The position numbers were made by a program, and so were the translations under genes. This document shows, piece after piece, positions 14,708 through 28,703 of a stretch of DNA of 64,000 bases. This DNA comes from Chrysomallon squamiferum (taxonomy: Eukaryota > Animalia > Mollusca), in assembly GCA_012295275.1 (NCBI GenBank), contig CM022675.1, positions 10,912,001 through 10,976,000 of the forward strand, given 5' to 3'. Within the stretch, counting starts at the first letter, position 1; each line of letters opens with the position of its first letter. The notes below the pieces were generated by a model. That model was given only the letters and a program-made list of their open reading frames with translations, did not search any database and was not told the origin of the DNA.

Positions 14708-14832
14708 CAATAATAATAATAATAATAACAATAAAGAAAAACCTTCAACTCCACAGTAAATTAATAAATATGTTATCATTTTTCTAAATCCATGACCACT
14801 TGATTTCATTTTACTTGATTTATTTATTTATT

Positions 14833-14885
<53 letters not shown>

Positions 14886-14953
14886 CATCATCATCATCAT
14901 CATCATCATTATTATTATTACTACAAAATTATTATAAAAGCATGAGAGAGAGA

Positions 14954-15019
<66 letters not shown>

Positions 15020-15159
15020 AAAAAAAAAAAAAAAAAAAACGCTGAGACATTCAGAATACAGTTCACAATCACAAAGACACAAAAATGCATTCGCAACGTT
15101 AGCAAAACGTATGTTTGTGTTTTGTTTTTCTTTTTTTTTTAAAAAATATATATATTTAC

Positions 15160-15470
15160 AAATGGCGTCATATTTAATTGCCCTGCACACAAAACGTCGT
15201 TTAGACATTCGACCACAGAGTACGCGAGAGTCGACGTTATCACCGCAAGAATTTTCTAGCCGTACAGCTAACAAGCGCGGCAGTGAAAGCTTCTTGATAA
15301 GTCTGTTTACAACGCGGTCACCTTCGTTGTGCCATGTGACAGCTGTCTGCTGTCACAGCCGAAGTTTACAGCCTGTGTCATCCCAACATGCTTCGTTAAT
15401 GCATGTCAGCGGAGATAGCGCGCAATACCGAGACGGTTTCCACTCTGATGTGTTTATATTTAGCCGCTTT
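15160..15470. promoter_or_regulatory. CpG-rich island with YY1-like, Meis/TGIF and Fox motifs
   Basis: AAATGGCG 15160; TGTTTAC 15304; GTGACAGC-N5-GCTGTCAC 15336-15356. Confidence 0.4.
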
Positions 15471-15907
15471 TGTTTTTGTTTTTTTTGATTGCTGGGTGTT
15501 TTGTGAGCTGGGTTTTATTTTTTTTTTTATTGTTGTTTTGTTGGAGTGTGGGTTTTCTAAATTTTCGTTGTTTGTTGTAGTTGTTTGTTGTTGTTTTTAA
15601 TGTAATTTATTGTGAGTGTAAGTTCTAAAGAAAGGGAAAAATATTCAGTATGTTTACTTTTTTATATGTAAAATGTGTGTGTGTGTGTGTGTGTGTGTGT
15701 CGTAAAGAAAGTACTATATTTATTTATTTATTTAAATCTATTTTATTAATTTATGTATTTAAAGTTATTTTTTTAATGTATTTACTTTATGAGTATTATT
15801 ATAATTAATTAAAATAAAAATGTTGCTTCAGTTCATTTTTACCAACGTGTTGGTTCATCATATCCTTGTATTTTTGTCGTATTATTAATATTGTTATATT
15901 CAGCTAC

Positions 15908-16002
<95 letters not shown>

Positions 16003-16572
16003 TGTAATAACCATATTAATTAACATCACCATCATTGTCACCATCTTCTGCTGTACTGTGGTATTTTAGGGTACGGTTGTGTTTAAGCTGACCTGGAATA
16101 GTCTCCGTAAAATAAATACTGTTAGCTCTCTCTCTTCGTACAAGTGATTTCTCAATGTCACAGAGATTTCTTGTAGTTCAGTTCTCTTTAGAGTCCCAGT
16201 TACTCCTTTTCCAAATCTAGCCGAGCTCCGTGAACCGTATGAAATACACGTTATGTGTCAGTTATCGGAAAAAGTGTAAAATACAAAAGTTATCTTTGCC
16301 TCCACAACTCAACTGCTAATACTCTACTGTTACTACTTCTACAACTACTACTACAGCCATTGTCGTAGTCACCGATGATGCTGCATCTACGACTACTTAT
16401 ACTAGAGCTGTCGCTGCTGATGATGATGATGACGCCGATGATGATATTAGAATTGCAATAATAAATATAATGACAACGTTGCTTCCGAAAATGAAGACGA
16501 AAGACATATTAGGAAGCAGAGGTTATTCACCTCGTTATTTATTTATTTATTTATTTATTTATTATTATTACA

Positions 16573-16628
<56 letters not shown>

Positions 16629-17029
16629 CTTAGCCGATGACAATAATTGTTTGTTTTTCTCTTATTTAATTTAATTTTTTTTTTTTTTTGTTGGCCTTCT
16701 TTAGGATTATAAAACCTGCAACACTTAAGTAGAAACATTATGGGCAAAATATTCATCGTGTTTTCGCAACAACAAAAAAAAAAAAAAAAAAAAAAAAAGT
16801 CTAATTCTGATTAACACCTTTTCGCCAGAACCGAATCCTAATGGCCATGTTTGCCGACCAGAACTTAATCTTAACCAACGTATTCTCGACCTTCACTTAA
16901 AATCGGGATCATCATTACTATTGTTCTTTTTTTTTTTCTTTTTCCATTTTTCTTTTCTAATTTTTTCTTTTTTTCTGAATTTCTTTTATTTTTTTTTTTT
17001 TTTTTTTTTTTTGCTGATGTTTTTTTTTT

Positions 17030-17244
17030 TTCCGCTAGGGTCAGTACTGATGCATACATTAAACCGCGGTGATGTGACATAAATCACTGAACACTTTTTG
17101 TCACCTTTCGTCAATGGTAATTCGCCTGTTTTCCGTTTCTCCGGGGGGGGAGGCGAGTTTCTTCATTTCCTCGCCAAACCCCACGACGCTTTCAGTTCAC
17201 GAAACGGGTCGCCCGAAAAAGAAGGAAAAATCCGAATGAATTAT

Positions 17245-17281
<37 letters not shown>

Positions 17282-17470
17282 CGTTCGCGAGTAATTGTAA
17301 TGGCTCTTGTAGCAGAGCGGGCTACAAACGAAGAGAAATGGTTTTGGGATGTTCGGAATTAATTCCCGGGCCGAGATGGCTTGCTGTTCCAGAGAAAAAT
17401 AACAAGCAAAACCTCAGTCTTCTCAGTCGATGGCTTTGTGAACTTACGCATTTCTCATTTGCGCTTCCAA
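17030..17470. promoter_or_regulatory. CpG-rich island with composite Pbx-Hox/Meis site
   Basis: TGACATAAATCA at 17075-17086 (minus strand TGATTTATGTCA). Confidence 0.35.
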
Positions 17471-18729
17471 ATTAAATTATCATTATTTATTGCTTTTCAA
17501 AGTTCGTTCTCTTATATTTTTTTTTTTTAACTTTTTTATTTTATTTTTTTTTTTTTTTTTTTTTTTATTTTTTTTTTTTTTAACGTGAGAAAGGAAAACG
17601 TATAATTCCAGTGTTTTCTCAACGTAATTTTTTTTAATTTAATTTTTTTTTTGATTTTATATATTTTTTTTTTTTGTGAGTGTTATTGTACGAGGTTTTT
17701 TTGTTAGTTTTTTTTATTGTGTTTGTTTTTCTTAAAATTAAAATTTAACATTTCTTTACTTTTCTTTATATACAAAAAGACGCAGAACAATGGACATAAT
17801 TCGGAGAATTTAATAGACAAAAAAAAAAAAAAAAAAAAAAAAAGAAGAAAGAAAAGAAAAGAAAAGAAATCGATTGAAATTACTTTCGGTGATTATCGGA
17901 AAATTGAAAATTTCCTTAAATTTGTTTGCAGAAAAAAAATAAAGAAAAAAAAATAAAAAAAAAGATGAACGAGAAAAAGAAAAAAAAAAAAAACTGAAAG
18001 AAATCAAAGAAATAAATGGAATGAATGAGACACGGTAATGCATTAGGCGATGGGATGTCCGGTTTCATGATTGGGCAAAGAAACCCCATATATCAGAAGA
18101 TTGAAAGAAAAAAAAAGCAGAAGAAGAAGGATAACGTCAAAAAAGAAGAATAAAGAAGAAAAACTTGATTCCAAGAAACGTGCAAAGATCAGATCAGAGG
18201 ATATATTACCAAAAGAAAAAAATAAATAAATAAATAAATAAATAAAAACAACATGAAGAAGATGAAGACGATAACGATAATAACACCATAACAATAATAC
18301 ATTGATGATAATAATAATAATAATAATAATTTTAAAAAATATACAGTGAAAAAAAAAAAATTAAATAAATAAATTAAAAAATAGAAATAAAGGAAAAAGA
18401 ATGTAAATAATTAAAAATACGTCCTCGTTAAGAAAAAAAAAAGTAATTTAAATTTAATAAACAAAACCGCACGAAAACAAAACTAAGAATCAGCGCAAAA
18501 CAAAAAAATAAAAAAATGGCAAATTAGTTACCTGAATTTCATTAAAACGACCAAAATTAACAATTAAAAGAATGTGAAAAGGATAAAGAATTTCTGAAAG
18601 GCAAATAAAAACTAAAAATATACTGTACGAAAACAGAAACTAATGTAATATAAGTAGAAATGGAGAAAAAAAATATATAAAAGAACGGACATTTAATTTA
18701 CCAAAATATATCATTTTAAATAGCGAAAC

Positions 18730-18760
<31 letters not shown>

Positions 18761-18974
18761 TTCCTGTTTATTATGTTATCATTATCAGCATCATCATCAT
18801 TTTAACCTTTTAATTCATTATATCAAATAATAACATTTTTAATCAGTTTTGTTAGACATCTAGTATTAAAACTGATAATTCATAATGAAGACAGTAATGA
18901 AAATAATCATCAAATGAGTATAATAATAATAATAATATATGATGATAATGATAAAACATCAACAACAGTGATAA

Positions 18975-19005
<31 letters not shown>

Positions 19006-19771
19006 CAACAACAACAACAACAACGACAACACTGGAAATATTAAATCATAAAATATTATTAAAGTGTTTCCGATTCTTTGTAGCTTAATCGATTCAATAA
19101 AACTCACTGGCCAATGTGGCTTCATATTTTACATTTGCGGATAATATTTATTTTTTTCTTTCTCTGTTTCTCTATCAACGAAAAACAAGAAATAAAAAAA
19201 AAATAAAAAAGAACTAATAATAGAAAAAAATAATAATAATAAAAATTAATAGAAATAAAAAAAATAAAAGTTAAAAAAAAAAAAAAAAAAAGCCAATTTA
19301 ACAGGATCGAAAATGAGCAAAAAGAGAAACATATCTCCAGTCAGAAATGAATATAATAAATTTGAAACTAAAACAAGCAATTAAGGGTCGCGGGAGAGAA
19401 AACCATGAATCAAAACGGAAACAATAATGAAAAATGACCAAGTATGAAATGATGGGGAAAATAAATGAGAAACAAACAAAACAGGAAAAAAAATAAAAAT
19501 AAAATAATAATAATAACAATGAAAAATAAAAAAGATAAAAAAGAAGAATAGAATTTAAAAAAAAATAAATAAAAAGAAGAAGAAGAAAAAAAGTAAAATT
19601 AAATTTTTGATATTTCAAATAAATTGGTGTTTTTTCGTGAAACTTCTAATGTCATTACGGCTACCATTATAGCTACTGAAACCACAACATCAACGACGAC
19701 TACTGTTACTACTACTACAAATACTACTACAACAGTTGCTGCAGGTATTACTGTATCTTCTGTTTGCTGGA

Positions 19772-19775
<4 letters not shown>

Positions 19776-19860
<85 letters not shown>
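19776..19860. repeat. (CT)n microsatellite
   Basis: CT run. Confidence 0.97.
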
Positions 19861-19866
<6 letters not shown>

Positions 19867-20817
19867 GTGTATCTATGTATGCATGTATGTTTATGCGAGC
19901 ATATAGTAGTTGCGTTTGTGTTCTTACTGAACGATTGCTTGGGTGTGAAAGAAACAATCAAAATTCTCCACACTAAATAATCGAAATCCTTCGATAAGAA
20001 GATTTCGAGTACCTCACACGCATGATAATGATCTCCGAATTAAATAATCACCGCAATCTATTTTATCTACTAAATAAAACTGCAATAACTTTTTGAGAGA
20101 AAAATTCGACATTTCGCATTAATATAGAATCGGTGTCAAATCGGGGCCAAAGTGCAGGAATTTTATTTTACTTTGTGTTTTGTTTAATTATTTCTTGCAA
20201 AACTGGATACCGTTTTATTTGGGTGTCACAACAAAAATAGCATATTTTATTGACATTATTTATTACTGTGTCTGTTTTGGTAGATGGAGATAGAAACTTT
20301 TTAGTTTCATTTTTGTGTTGGTTTTTTTTTTGTGTCTTTTTTTTTTTCCCGTATTGTATTGCACTTCGAAATGATCACATTAGGATTAAGTACGTATGTG
20401 AAAACTATGTATATTTTCCAGTGCACTTTTACACATAAAATATACATTTGAAATGCGACTTGTGTTTTGGTTAAACCCAAAGTACCAAGTTCTGAACTGC
20501 GTATAAATCTGGTAGGAATGTACTCACAAGTGTAGACACACTAGTAGATTTATATAAATGAATGAATGAAAGAAAGAAAGAACAAAAAAAAATGAATGAA
20601 TGAATGAATGAGTGAATAAATAAATAAATATTGATAGCCTTGTATATTATTCAAAACCTTCCAGAATTTTACTTTCAGTGCATTTTAATAAAAACAGGAC
20701 ATATATGTACTTGTCCGTCTCTACGTCTCTATCTGCCTTTAAATCTGTGTATGTATGTATGTATGTATGTATGTATGTATGTATGTATCTATATATCTGT
20801 CTGTCTATATCTGTCTA

Positions 20818-20858
<41 letters not shown>

Positions 20859-21710
20859 GTTTTTCTCTCTATCTGTCTACATATCCACCTAGTTGTCTGT
20901 CTGTATTCCTCTCTATCTGTATTTCTGTGCATATGTCTGTCTGTCAGTCTTTATATCTCTCTATCTATCTATATATCGGGGTATCGGTCTGACTGTTTGT
21001 GTATGTTCTGTCATATTTCCCTATCTTGTTCTTGTCTCTCACTGTTATGTATAAAACATCACACACACACATACACACACACACACGCACAGACGCACAC
21101 AACAAACGTTGGTTTACACACACAAATGCTCGCGGCGACTGTAATCAAACAATGGAATCCCCAAAACTCGTCTTTTCGTTTATTAATCCATCATCTTGAA
21201 AAATTGATTACTGTGTAATGTGGCCTGTTCCTTTTCCTCGTTTCTCAAACCTTGCATTAATTATTTCCGTGTTTTCAAGTTTCCGGAGAAGGCTTATGAA
21301 TATTAATGTAAATGTGTGGTGTGTGTGGGTTTTATTTTTTATTTTTTATTATTTTTTTTCAATTTTTCTGAATCGGACAAAATAATACATTGATATCACC
21401 TGGGACCTTTTCGATTCGCATATTGGAAAAAAATCTTGCGGCAGTCAGACATGGGAGAAATTCGGTCACGAAATATGCATTTTTGTCAAACACAAGAAAT
21501 ACAATATCAGATATTTTTATTTCATAACAGACCGGCAAAATCGTCATGAGAATGGTTTCGTGTTAAGCTGGTTCAATGGCATAAATTATTGCAGTGCAAC
21601 AGCACCGGTAGATTTTGATGTTTGGAAAAAAAAGAAACAAAAAATATAAAAATAAAAACAACAACACGTCACCGAGGTTGGAAAAAGAAGATTGTGGAGA
21701 AGATGAAGTT

Positions 21711-21809
<99 letters not shown>
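21711..21809. repeat. (GTA)n microsatellite
   Basis: About 33 perfect GTA units, followed by degenerate GTA-rich sequence to ~22140. Confidence 0.97.
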
Positions 21810-22412
21810 AATATAGTGGTAAAGGTGATAGTAATATCAACAGCTGTAGCTACTTCAGTAATAATACAAATAGTCGTGATAATAATACTGAAGAATAGTA
21901 ATGACAGTGATAATAGTAATTGTAGTAGTAGTAGTAACAATAGTAGTAACAGTAGTAGTAGTAATAGTAGTAATAATAGTGGTAACAGTAGTAGTCGCAG
22001 GTAGTAGTAACAATAGTAGTAATAGTAATAGTAGTAGTAGCAGTAATTGTAATATTGTAGTAATACTAGTAGCAGTAGTAGTAATAGTAGTAGTTGTAGT
22101 AGTAGTAGAGGTGGTGATGGTGGTAATGTTGGTGGTGGTGAGGGTAATTATAGGCCACTGGATTAATAGCAGATGAGTTTAAAATTATTCAGAATAGAGA
22201 TAGTAATTATTTTGTAATTTAATGTTCAGACTGTTCAGTATTTAACATTATGTGATACTAAAATTATTATCTTTTTTCCTTTTTGTTACAAATGATAGTT
22301 ATTTTCTTTCCTTTCGTTCGGCAGTGTTAATAGTTTGACTATTTCGTATTTTAGGAATAGATATATATATATATATATTTGTTTTTTTTTTTTCAGTTTG
22401 TTTGTACCAGAG

Positions 22413-22475
<63 letters not shown>

Positions 22476-22935
22476 ATAAAATAAATGATAGATAGAATGT
22501 AAAAGGTTATATCCACATTACCGAAATACGTTTAACAAAAACAGAGAAACACATTTTGTGGATAATATGTTAGGATCGAATAAGTTAATATTTTGATAAT
22601 ATGCTTCATTTGTTTGCCGCAAAATCGCGACAAATGCACACACACACACACACACAGATAGACACACATATATATATATATTGTGTTTATTACAATGTAC
22701 AAAAATTTAATTTTTGAAAAATATAGATACATACATACACACATACACACACACACACGTGAACACAAACTCATACAGTCTCCATTTTTGTTTTTTTAAA
22801 TTTAAATTCAAGGATATATCCAAGTCTGTTTCAACTCTACATCGGCGGTGCTCATTTATATTCCACTTCACTAAACTATGACGAAAACCATTGCCGCTTG
22901 CAACAGATTAGATGAAATATTCCTGTCTCCTGAAC

Positions 22936-23135
22936 TGAGGGCAGATCCAATTACACATCTAGGGGAGGGGCAATAACGCACGGTCACCCTTCCCCTATAT
23001 ATATATATATTTTTTTTTTTTTTTTACCTATGCACATTTATTCTTTTTCCTTTTTTTTTTTTTTTTTTATTTCCAAAGAAGTTATATCGTAACTGCCCTG
23101 TACCCCTCGTTTACTCAAAATCGGACCCGCCCCTG
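22936..23135. mobile_element. Degenerate ~200-bp MITE-like element
   Basis: Left end GAGGGCAGATCCAA (22937-22950). Right end TCGGACCCGCCCCTG (23121-23135), reverse complement CAGGGGCGGGTCCGA. These form imperfect terminal inverted repeats around G/C runs; no ORF. Confidence 0.45.
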
Positions 23136-23455
23136 TGTGTGTTTCGTGATACTGTAGACTCTTAGAAGGTAACTGGGACATAAATAACGCCGGGATGAAG
23201 ATTACAGAGAGCTGAAATCACGCGTTTCTGTTAATTTTTAATTAGAACATGGAACTTTGTAAGAAAGAAAAAAAATCAAGGTGGTGGGTATGGAACACTG
23301 ACGAAGATGTATTGGAAGAAGGAGAAGAAGAAGAAGAAGAAGAAGAAGAAGAAGAAGAAGAAGAAGAAAAGAAGAAGAAGAAGAAGAAGATTACGACGAT
23401 GATGGTGATTATGATAAATAATATTAATTACAACAACAAGGACGACAACAACAAG

Positions 23456-23487
<32 letters not shown>

Positions 23488-25465
23488 AAATAATAATAAT
23501 AATAATAATAATAACAATAATAATAATAATAATAAAAATAATTTGGGAATAAAAATTATAGTCATCTGGTATCAGATGAGCGTTTTATATGACCATGATA
23601 ATAAATCGGTTCAGCTTACTTTGAGGCCTGTTCCTACCAGCTAGCAATATTAACTATTTCATAAGCACCTTCCTGCAGTGTGGAGAAACTGATAAACAAA
23701 TCATGCGACACTGGCTGGAACGGGACATGGACTAACTGGACGCAATGAACAGGTTTGATACCGAAGCCACTGACATCTCGACCGAGAGATCTATTTGCAC
23801 TGGGCTGCATTTCGTTTGTTTTTTTGTTATAATGCTTTAAGCATCCTTACTGCGCTACATCGCATAATTCATTTAAAGGAATTCCTTCAACGTAACGAAT
23901 AGCTGCGCATAATTAATCTTAACTTTAGCGTAAGTGCTTTTTGTTTCTGGATTCATTTTGTTGTTTTTATTTGTTTTTTTCTTTCTTTGATGTCCTTAAG
24001 TAACAGTCACAGCAGCTTTGGGTGTTAAATGGATTCTGTAAGCAGGAGACAAAAAAAAAAAAAAAAAAAAAAAAAAAATGAGAGCAATGCTCAAATAAAA
24101 TATTGCTTTGCTACAATGAGAGATGTGAATAAATAATTTATTTTTGTCAAATACGAAGAGTGGATGTAGACATATTGTTTTTTTTTGTTTTCTTTGTTTT
24201 TGTTGCTTTTTCTTTTTTCATTTTATGATTCCTTATCTTAAAATGTACCTATTGTAGTATGAACAATAGCTTAAATACCATGTTGCATTAATGGCCTAAC
24301 CACGTGTTTCAATCTCTGGAGTTACTGTGAGTACGTATGACCTTGTTGTGTTCTGGCAAATGATTGCAACAATACATTATCTATATATATATATATAATT
24401 TGTGAGTTTGAGGACAAATGGATTTCTGTGCATAACGTATATTTGTAATATACCATACAGACAAACGATCTGGTATTTATTTAGGGACTGGAGGAGTAAA
24501 TTGACTCGCATGCTGTATATTCGAAAATTAATGAAACAATTATCTGAAACGTTTTGTAACTGCCAAATGATTGTAGAAACAAATTTGTTTGTTGTACATT
24601 TGTAAATAAAAACATCATCGAATGATATAAAACATGTTTGCAATTAACAAGCGATTGTAAAAACAAAAGGATTCTATATTTACGTGTTTCTAAATGATTA
24701 ATGTATGAACAAAAATTACCTGTAAATATTTTTTTTTTCTAATTTATAATTGACTGTAAGTGAATTATATGCTCGATGTACATTTGTAAATACTAAATAC
24801 TATCAGAACAAATGAGACAAAGCACTTTTTTAATTTACAGGCGTTTGTGAGAAAACATTACTTCAGTACGTTACCATGTTATGGTTAAGTAATTGTAGGA
24901 ATAAATAGACTATATTCATTTAGTAAATGTTAGTAAAAATAAATAATATGAAGATAAAGTCATTTTAATCTCCATTTTTATGTGTAAAAAAATTACTAAC
25001 TTTTTCTAATTTATTTCATAACCAAAGAATTTTTTTTTTTAAATAATTTGTATTTGTGTCCGTATGTGTGTTAATATGTGTGTGTGTGTGTCTATTTTTT
25101 GTTCATACACACTTCACAATAAAACATGCGTTAATAAATACATTATTTTGTTTATTTTTTTCAAACGGTTACACGCTTTCACAATTTTCCAGATTTTCCA
25201 AGACCTGTAATGGGATCGGTTGATTAAAAGAAACAACTGTAATTAAACATTAAATTACACTAATGAAGCATATAACACAATGATTTAAATCACTGGAGCA
25301 TGCAGCCATTTTCTTCTTTGTTCTTCGAATAACATCGTTGATGCGTCCATCTCCTTCGAAACCCAGCTAAAATCCAATACTCAAATCCAATTTTTCATCT
25401 TATAAAATTTTTCTATTCGTTCATGCTTATTAAATTTTTCTATGGTGATTCATGGAGGGAGGGTT

Positions 25466-25564
<99 letters not shown>

Positions 25565-25861
25565 AGAAGAAGAAGAAGAAGAAAAAAAGAAGAAGAAGAT
25601 CAGAATTAAATATATAAATCAAAGAAAAAGATAAATAATTAGTGTTATTTTACATATCACATTTCCGATTAAGAATCCAATTACTTTTTATTATTATTTT
25701 TTTTCTCTCAAGAATCACAACACTACTCAATTCTCTGAAACATAACTGCAGGTGGACATCAGAACGAAAGCAAGACAAAAATCGCACAAGTCAGAAATAA
25801 ATGTAATAATTTCGAAATGTCGAAGCCATGCGCTGTTTGTAATTTGATTTCACAATAAGCT

Positions 25862-25924
25862 CGCGCGTTTTCCCGCTGTTCGAAACAACACGCGCATCTT
25901 CCCGCTGTGCGGAACAGAGCGCGC
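25862..25924. repeat. 29-bp CpG-rich tandem duplication carrying TTCCCGC motifs
   Basis: CGCGCGTTTTCCCGCTGTTCGAAACAACA / CGCGCATCTTCCCGCTGTGCGGAACAGAG / CGCGC. Confidence 0.8.
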
Positions 25925-26078
25925 TCATTGGATGGAAATAACAGTCATGTGATTTGTTGTCTTAGATTTTTTTGTTACCATTTTTTTTCTTCTGTCTTCC
26001 TATTGTTCAGTAGTATTTTTTTTTTTTTTTTTTTTAAATGTGAATTATCATAGTTATTACTATCATCATCATCATCTG

Positions 26079-26121
<43 letters not shown>

Positions 26122-27074
26122 TGTCAATAATTAATATTCTTTCCTTCTTTTTCATAATATAACGTCTACTATTACAAAGTTACTTACTACTCCTACTACT
26201 ACTACTATTACCACTTCTACTACTATTGCTTGTACCACTGTTACTACTTGTTCTGCTACAACCACTGCTACTTCTATTACTACTATTACCACCTATAATT
26301 CTATTAACAATACTACTACTAATACTACTATTTACTACTACCACAAATACCGCCACTTCTTCTATAACTACAACTGATAATAGCTGTACTATTACAACAG
26401 CTACAACTGCAGCTACTGCTACTACAACTACCTCTATCACTATCAACTACTACTACTACTACTACCAGTGCGCTTAAAATATTCTGCTTGAAATTGTTTT
26501 CGACATTCATCTTCACAAATGGAACACGAGAAATTATGCAATGTATTCAGCTCTGTGTATAGCTGGGACATTTATTTATTAATATCTCTTCTGCTGCAAG
26601 TTCACGTTCGAATTTCAGATTTACGTTCGTCGTTGAGAAAAGCCTTTTGATGTGGTTTGTTTTCAATTATTTAGGCATTCGGCTGCTGACTCTGTCGATC
26701 TATTAATCTTCCCCACAGGATGACCATTAATAAAATTCCGTGTCGGCCCAGACACCAAATTGAAGATAATTTGTATTTGAACACGCGTTCTTTGCCGAGG
26801 AGTTATCAATTGCATCATTGCGTTTTCGTGTTTTACCTAATGTCGTGAGCAACACGAATGAAATCGTCTTCGCAATAAATCGAATTTTATTCCTTCGTTA
26901 TTTTTAATTTTTTTTTTTTTAAAAAAAAAAAAAAAAGAAAGAGAAACTTTTCTTCCACTTGCAGGCTTCAAGTTCAAAGATGTCACAGATACCAAACGCG
27001 TAAAGATTCTAATTTTGCGCATGGTTGCCCGCAAGAACTAGTTTCTGTTTTGTTTTCAAAGAAATGACTTTTTG

Positions 27075-27152
<78 letters not shown>

Positions 27153-27239
27153 ACGTACACCATTTCTTTTAAAAAAAATTATTATTATTATTATTTTTTT
27201 TTTTCTTCCCTCTGCTCTCTCTCTCTCTCTTTTAAACTC

Positions 27240-27600
27240 CTCCTCCTTCTCCTCTGCACCCCCCCTCATTTCTCACCACAAAATAATGGCGTCATTGCAT
27301 GGGCTGAATAATTTGCTCGTAGATGACGCAAGTCCGCGTGCGGTTGATCAGTTTAATTTCCTCCAATTCGATTGTGCGCCGACACAAAATGTTACAATGA
27401 GCATGTAACTGCGATAGATGTTCTATAGAAAATTAAGAAAACTGTTTGAAAAGTTAATGTCAAATTAATGCACGCGCTAGCAGGTGGCTGCCACTGCGGG
27501 CCACGTGGTCGTGATGAAAGAATAACAACAGACATGTTTTCGTTGCACAATGATTGCCGTGCGGTTTTTTCGGGGCTCTTTTCCGTCGAAACGAATTTGT
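27240..27600. promoter_or_regulatory. CpG-rich island, candidate cis-element
   Basis: AATGGCGTCAT at 27285-27295, CCACGTGG palindrome, several TAAT/ATTA cores; lies next to (GA)n at 27080-27150. Confidence 0.35.
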
Positions 27601-28079
27601 ATCTGTTTTAAAATTTTCCCCCTTTTTTTTTTTTTTTTTTTTTGTATTAATTAATATTAACTGGCGTCGTTACACGAAATGGATTAACTCCAAATTGAAA
27701 TTGGTAACTGAGAAAGATTAAAAAAATGTCCAGTTAATTGGTAGGAAAAACAAAAATTTATTGAATTAATGGAAATTTAATGCTGTACTCGTTGTAATAA
27801 ATAAATTCGTTATTCGGTTTCTTTCGAAACAGTGCGATTTCGGTGTTAATACCCATGTTTGCTATTGTTCATTTTTTTTTTTTTTCTTTCATTTCTGTAA
27901 TATTGTTATTAAAACGAAAACAACAGTAATTATAAAAACGACAGCAGCAACGTGTACCATACGTGACAAAGATAAGACAAAAATTCGAATGTTTTGGATT
28001 TAGTTTTTTTGTTTTATAACTATTATTATTTTTGCTATAACTTGTAATAAAGTTAAAGTATTAGTAGTATAGTAGTAGC

Positions 28080-28147
<68 letters not shown>

Positions 28148-28662
28148 CAGTACTAGTGGTAGTGGTAGTAGTAGTAGTACTAGCAGTCGTTAAAGCAGCT
28201 TTAAAAGCAACAACAGTAATAATAATAATTATAATTTTTTGGATGATGTTTTTTTTTGTTGTTGTTGTTGTTTTGTTTTGTTTTTTCTATCGATATTGTC
28301 AGTTTTAAAACTGAGAGCAACATATGCCAGCATGCTTTAGTAGTAAAAGTTGTAATAGCGATAACACTAGTCGAAGTAACAGTGGTACTATTAAGTGGTG
28401 GTGATTAGAGTAGTAATAAAGAAATAATGATGGTAATAATAGAAATGATCGCCGTATTGGTTTTATTATTATTAATAGTAGTAGCAATGGTAATAGCAGT
28501 AGTAGTAGTAGTAGTAGCTGTTGCAGCAGTAGTAGTGGTTGCTGCAAAAGTAGTAGTAATAGTGGTATAAGCAATAGTAGTAGTATGGGAGGTAGTAATT
28601 TTGAAATACTAATAGTAGATGTTATGTTACGAAAAAGAAGGAAAGAAAATTAATTACTGGTA

Positions 28663-28703
<41 letters not shown>

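Noticed and set aside
23660-23790. Possible decayed tRNA-derived SINE
   Set aside because: No clear A/B boxes, tail or TSD.
24377-24666. Overlapping short ORFs in unique sequence
   Set aside because: No recognisable protein motif; ORFs on both strands are consistent with chance.
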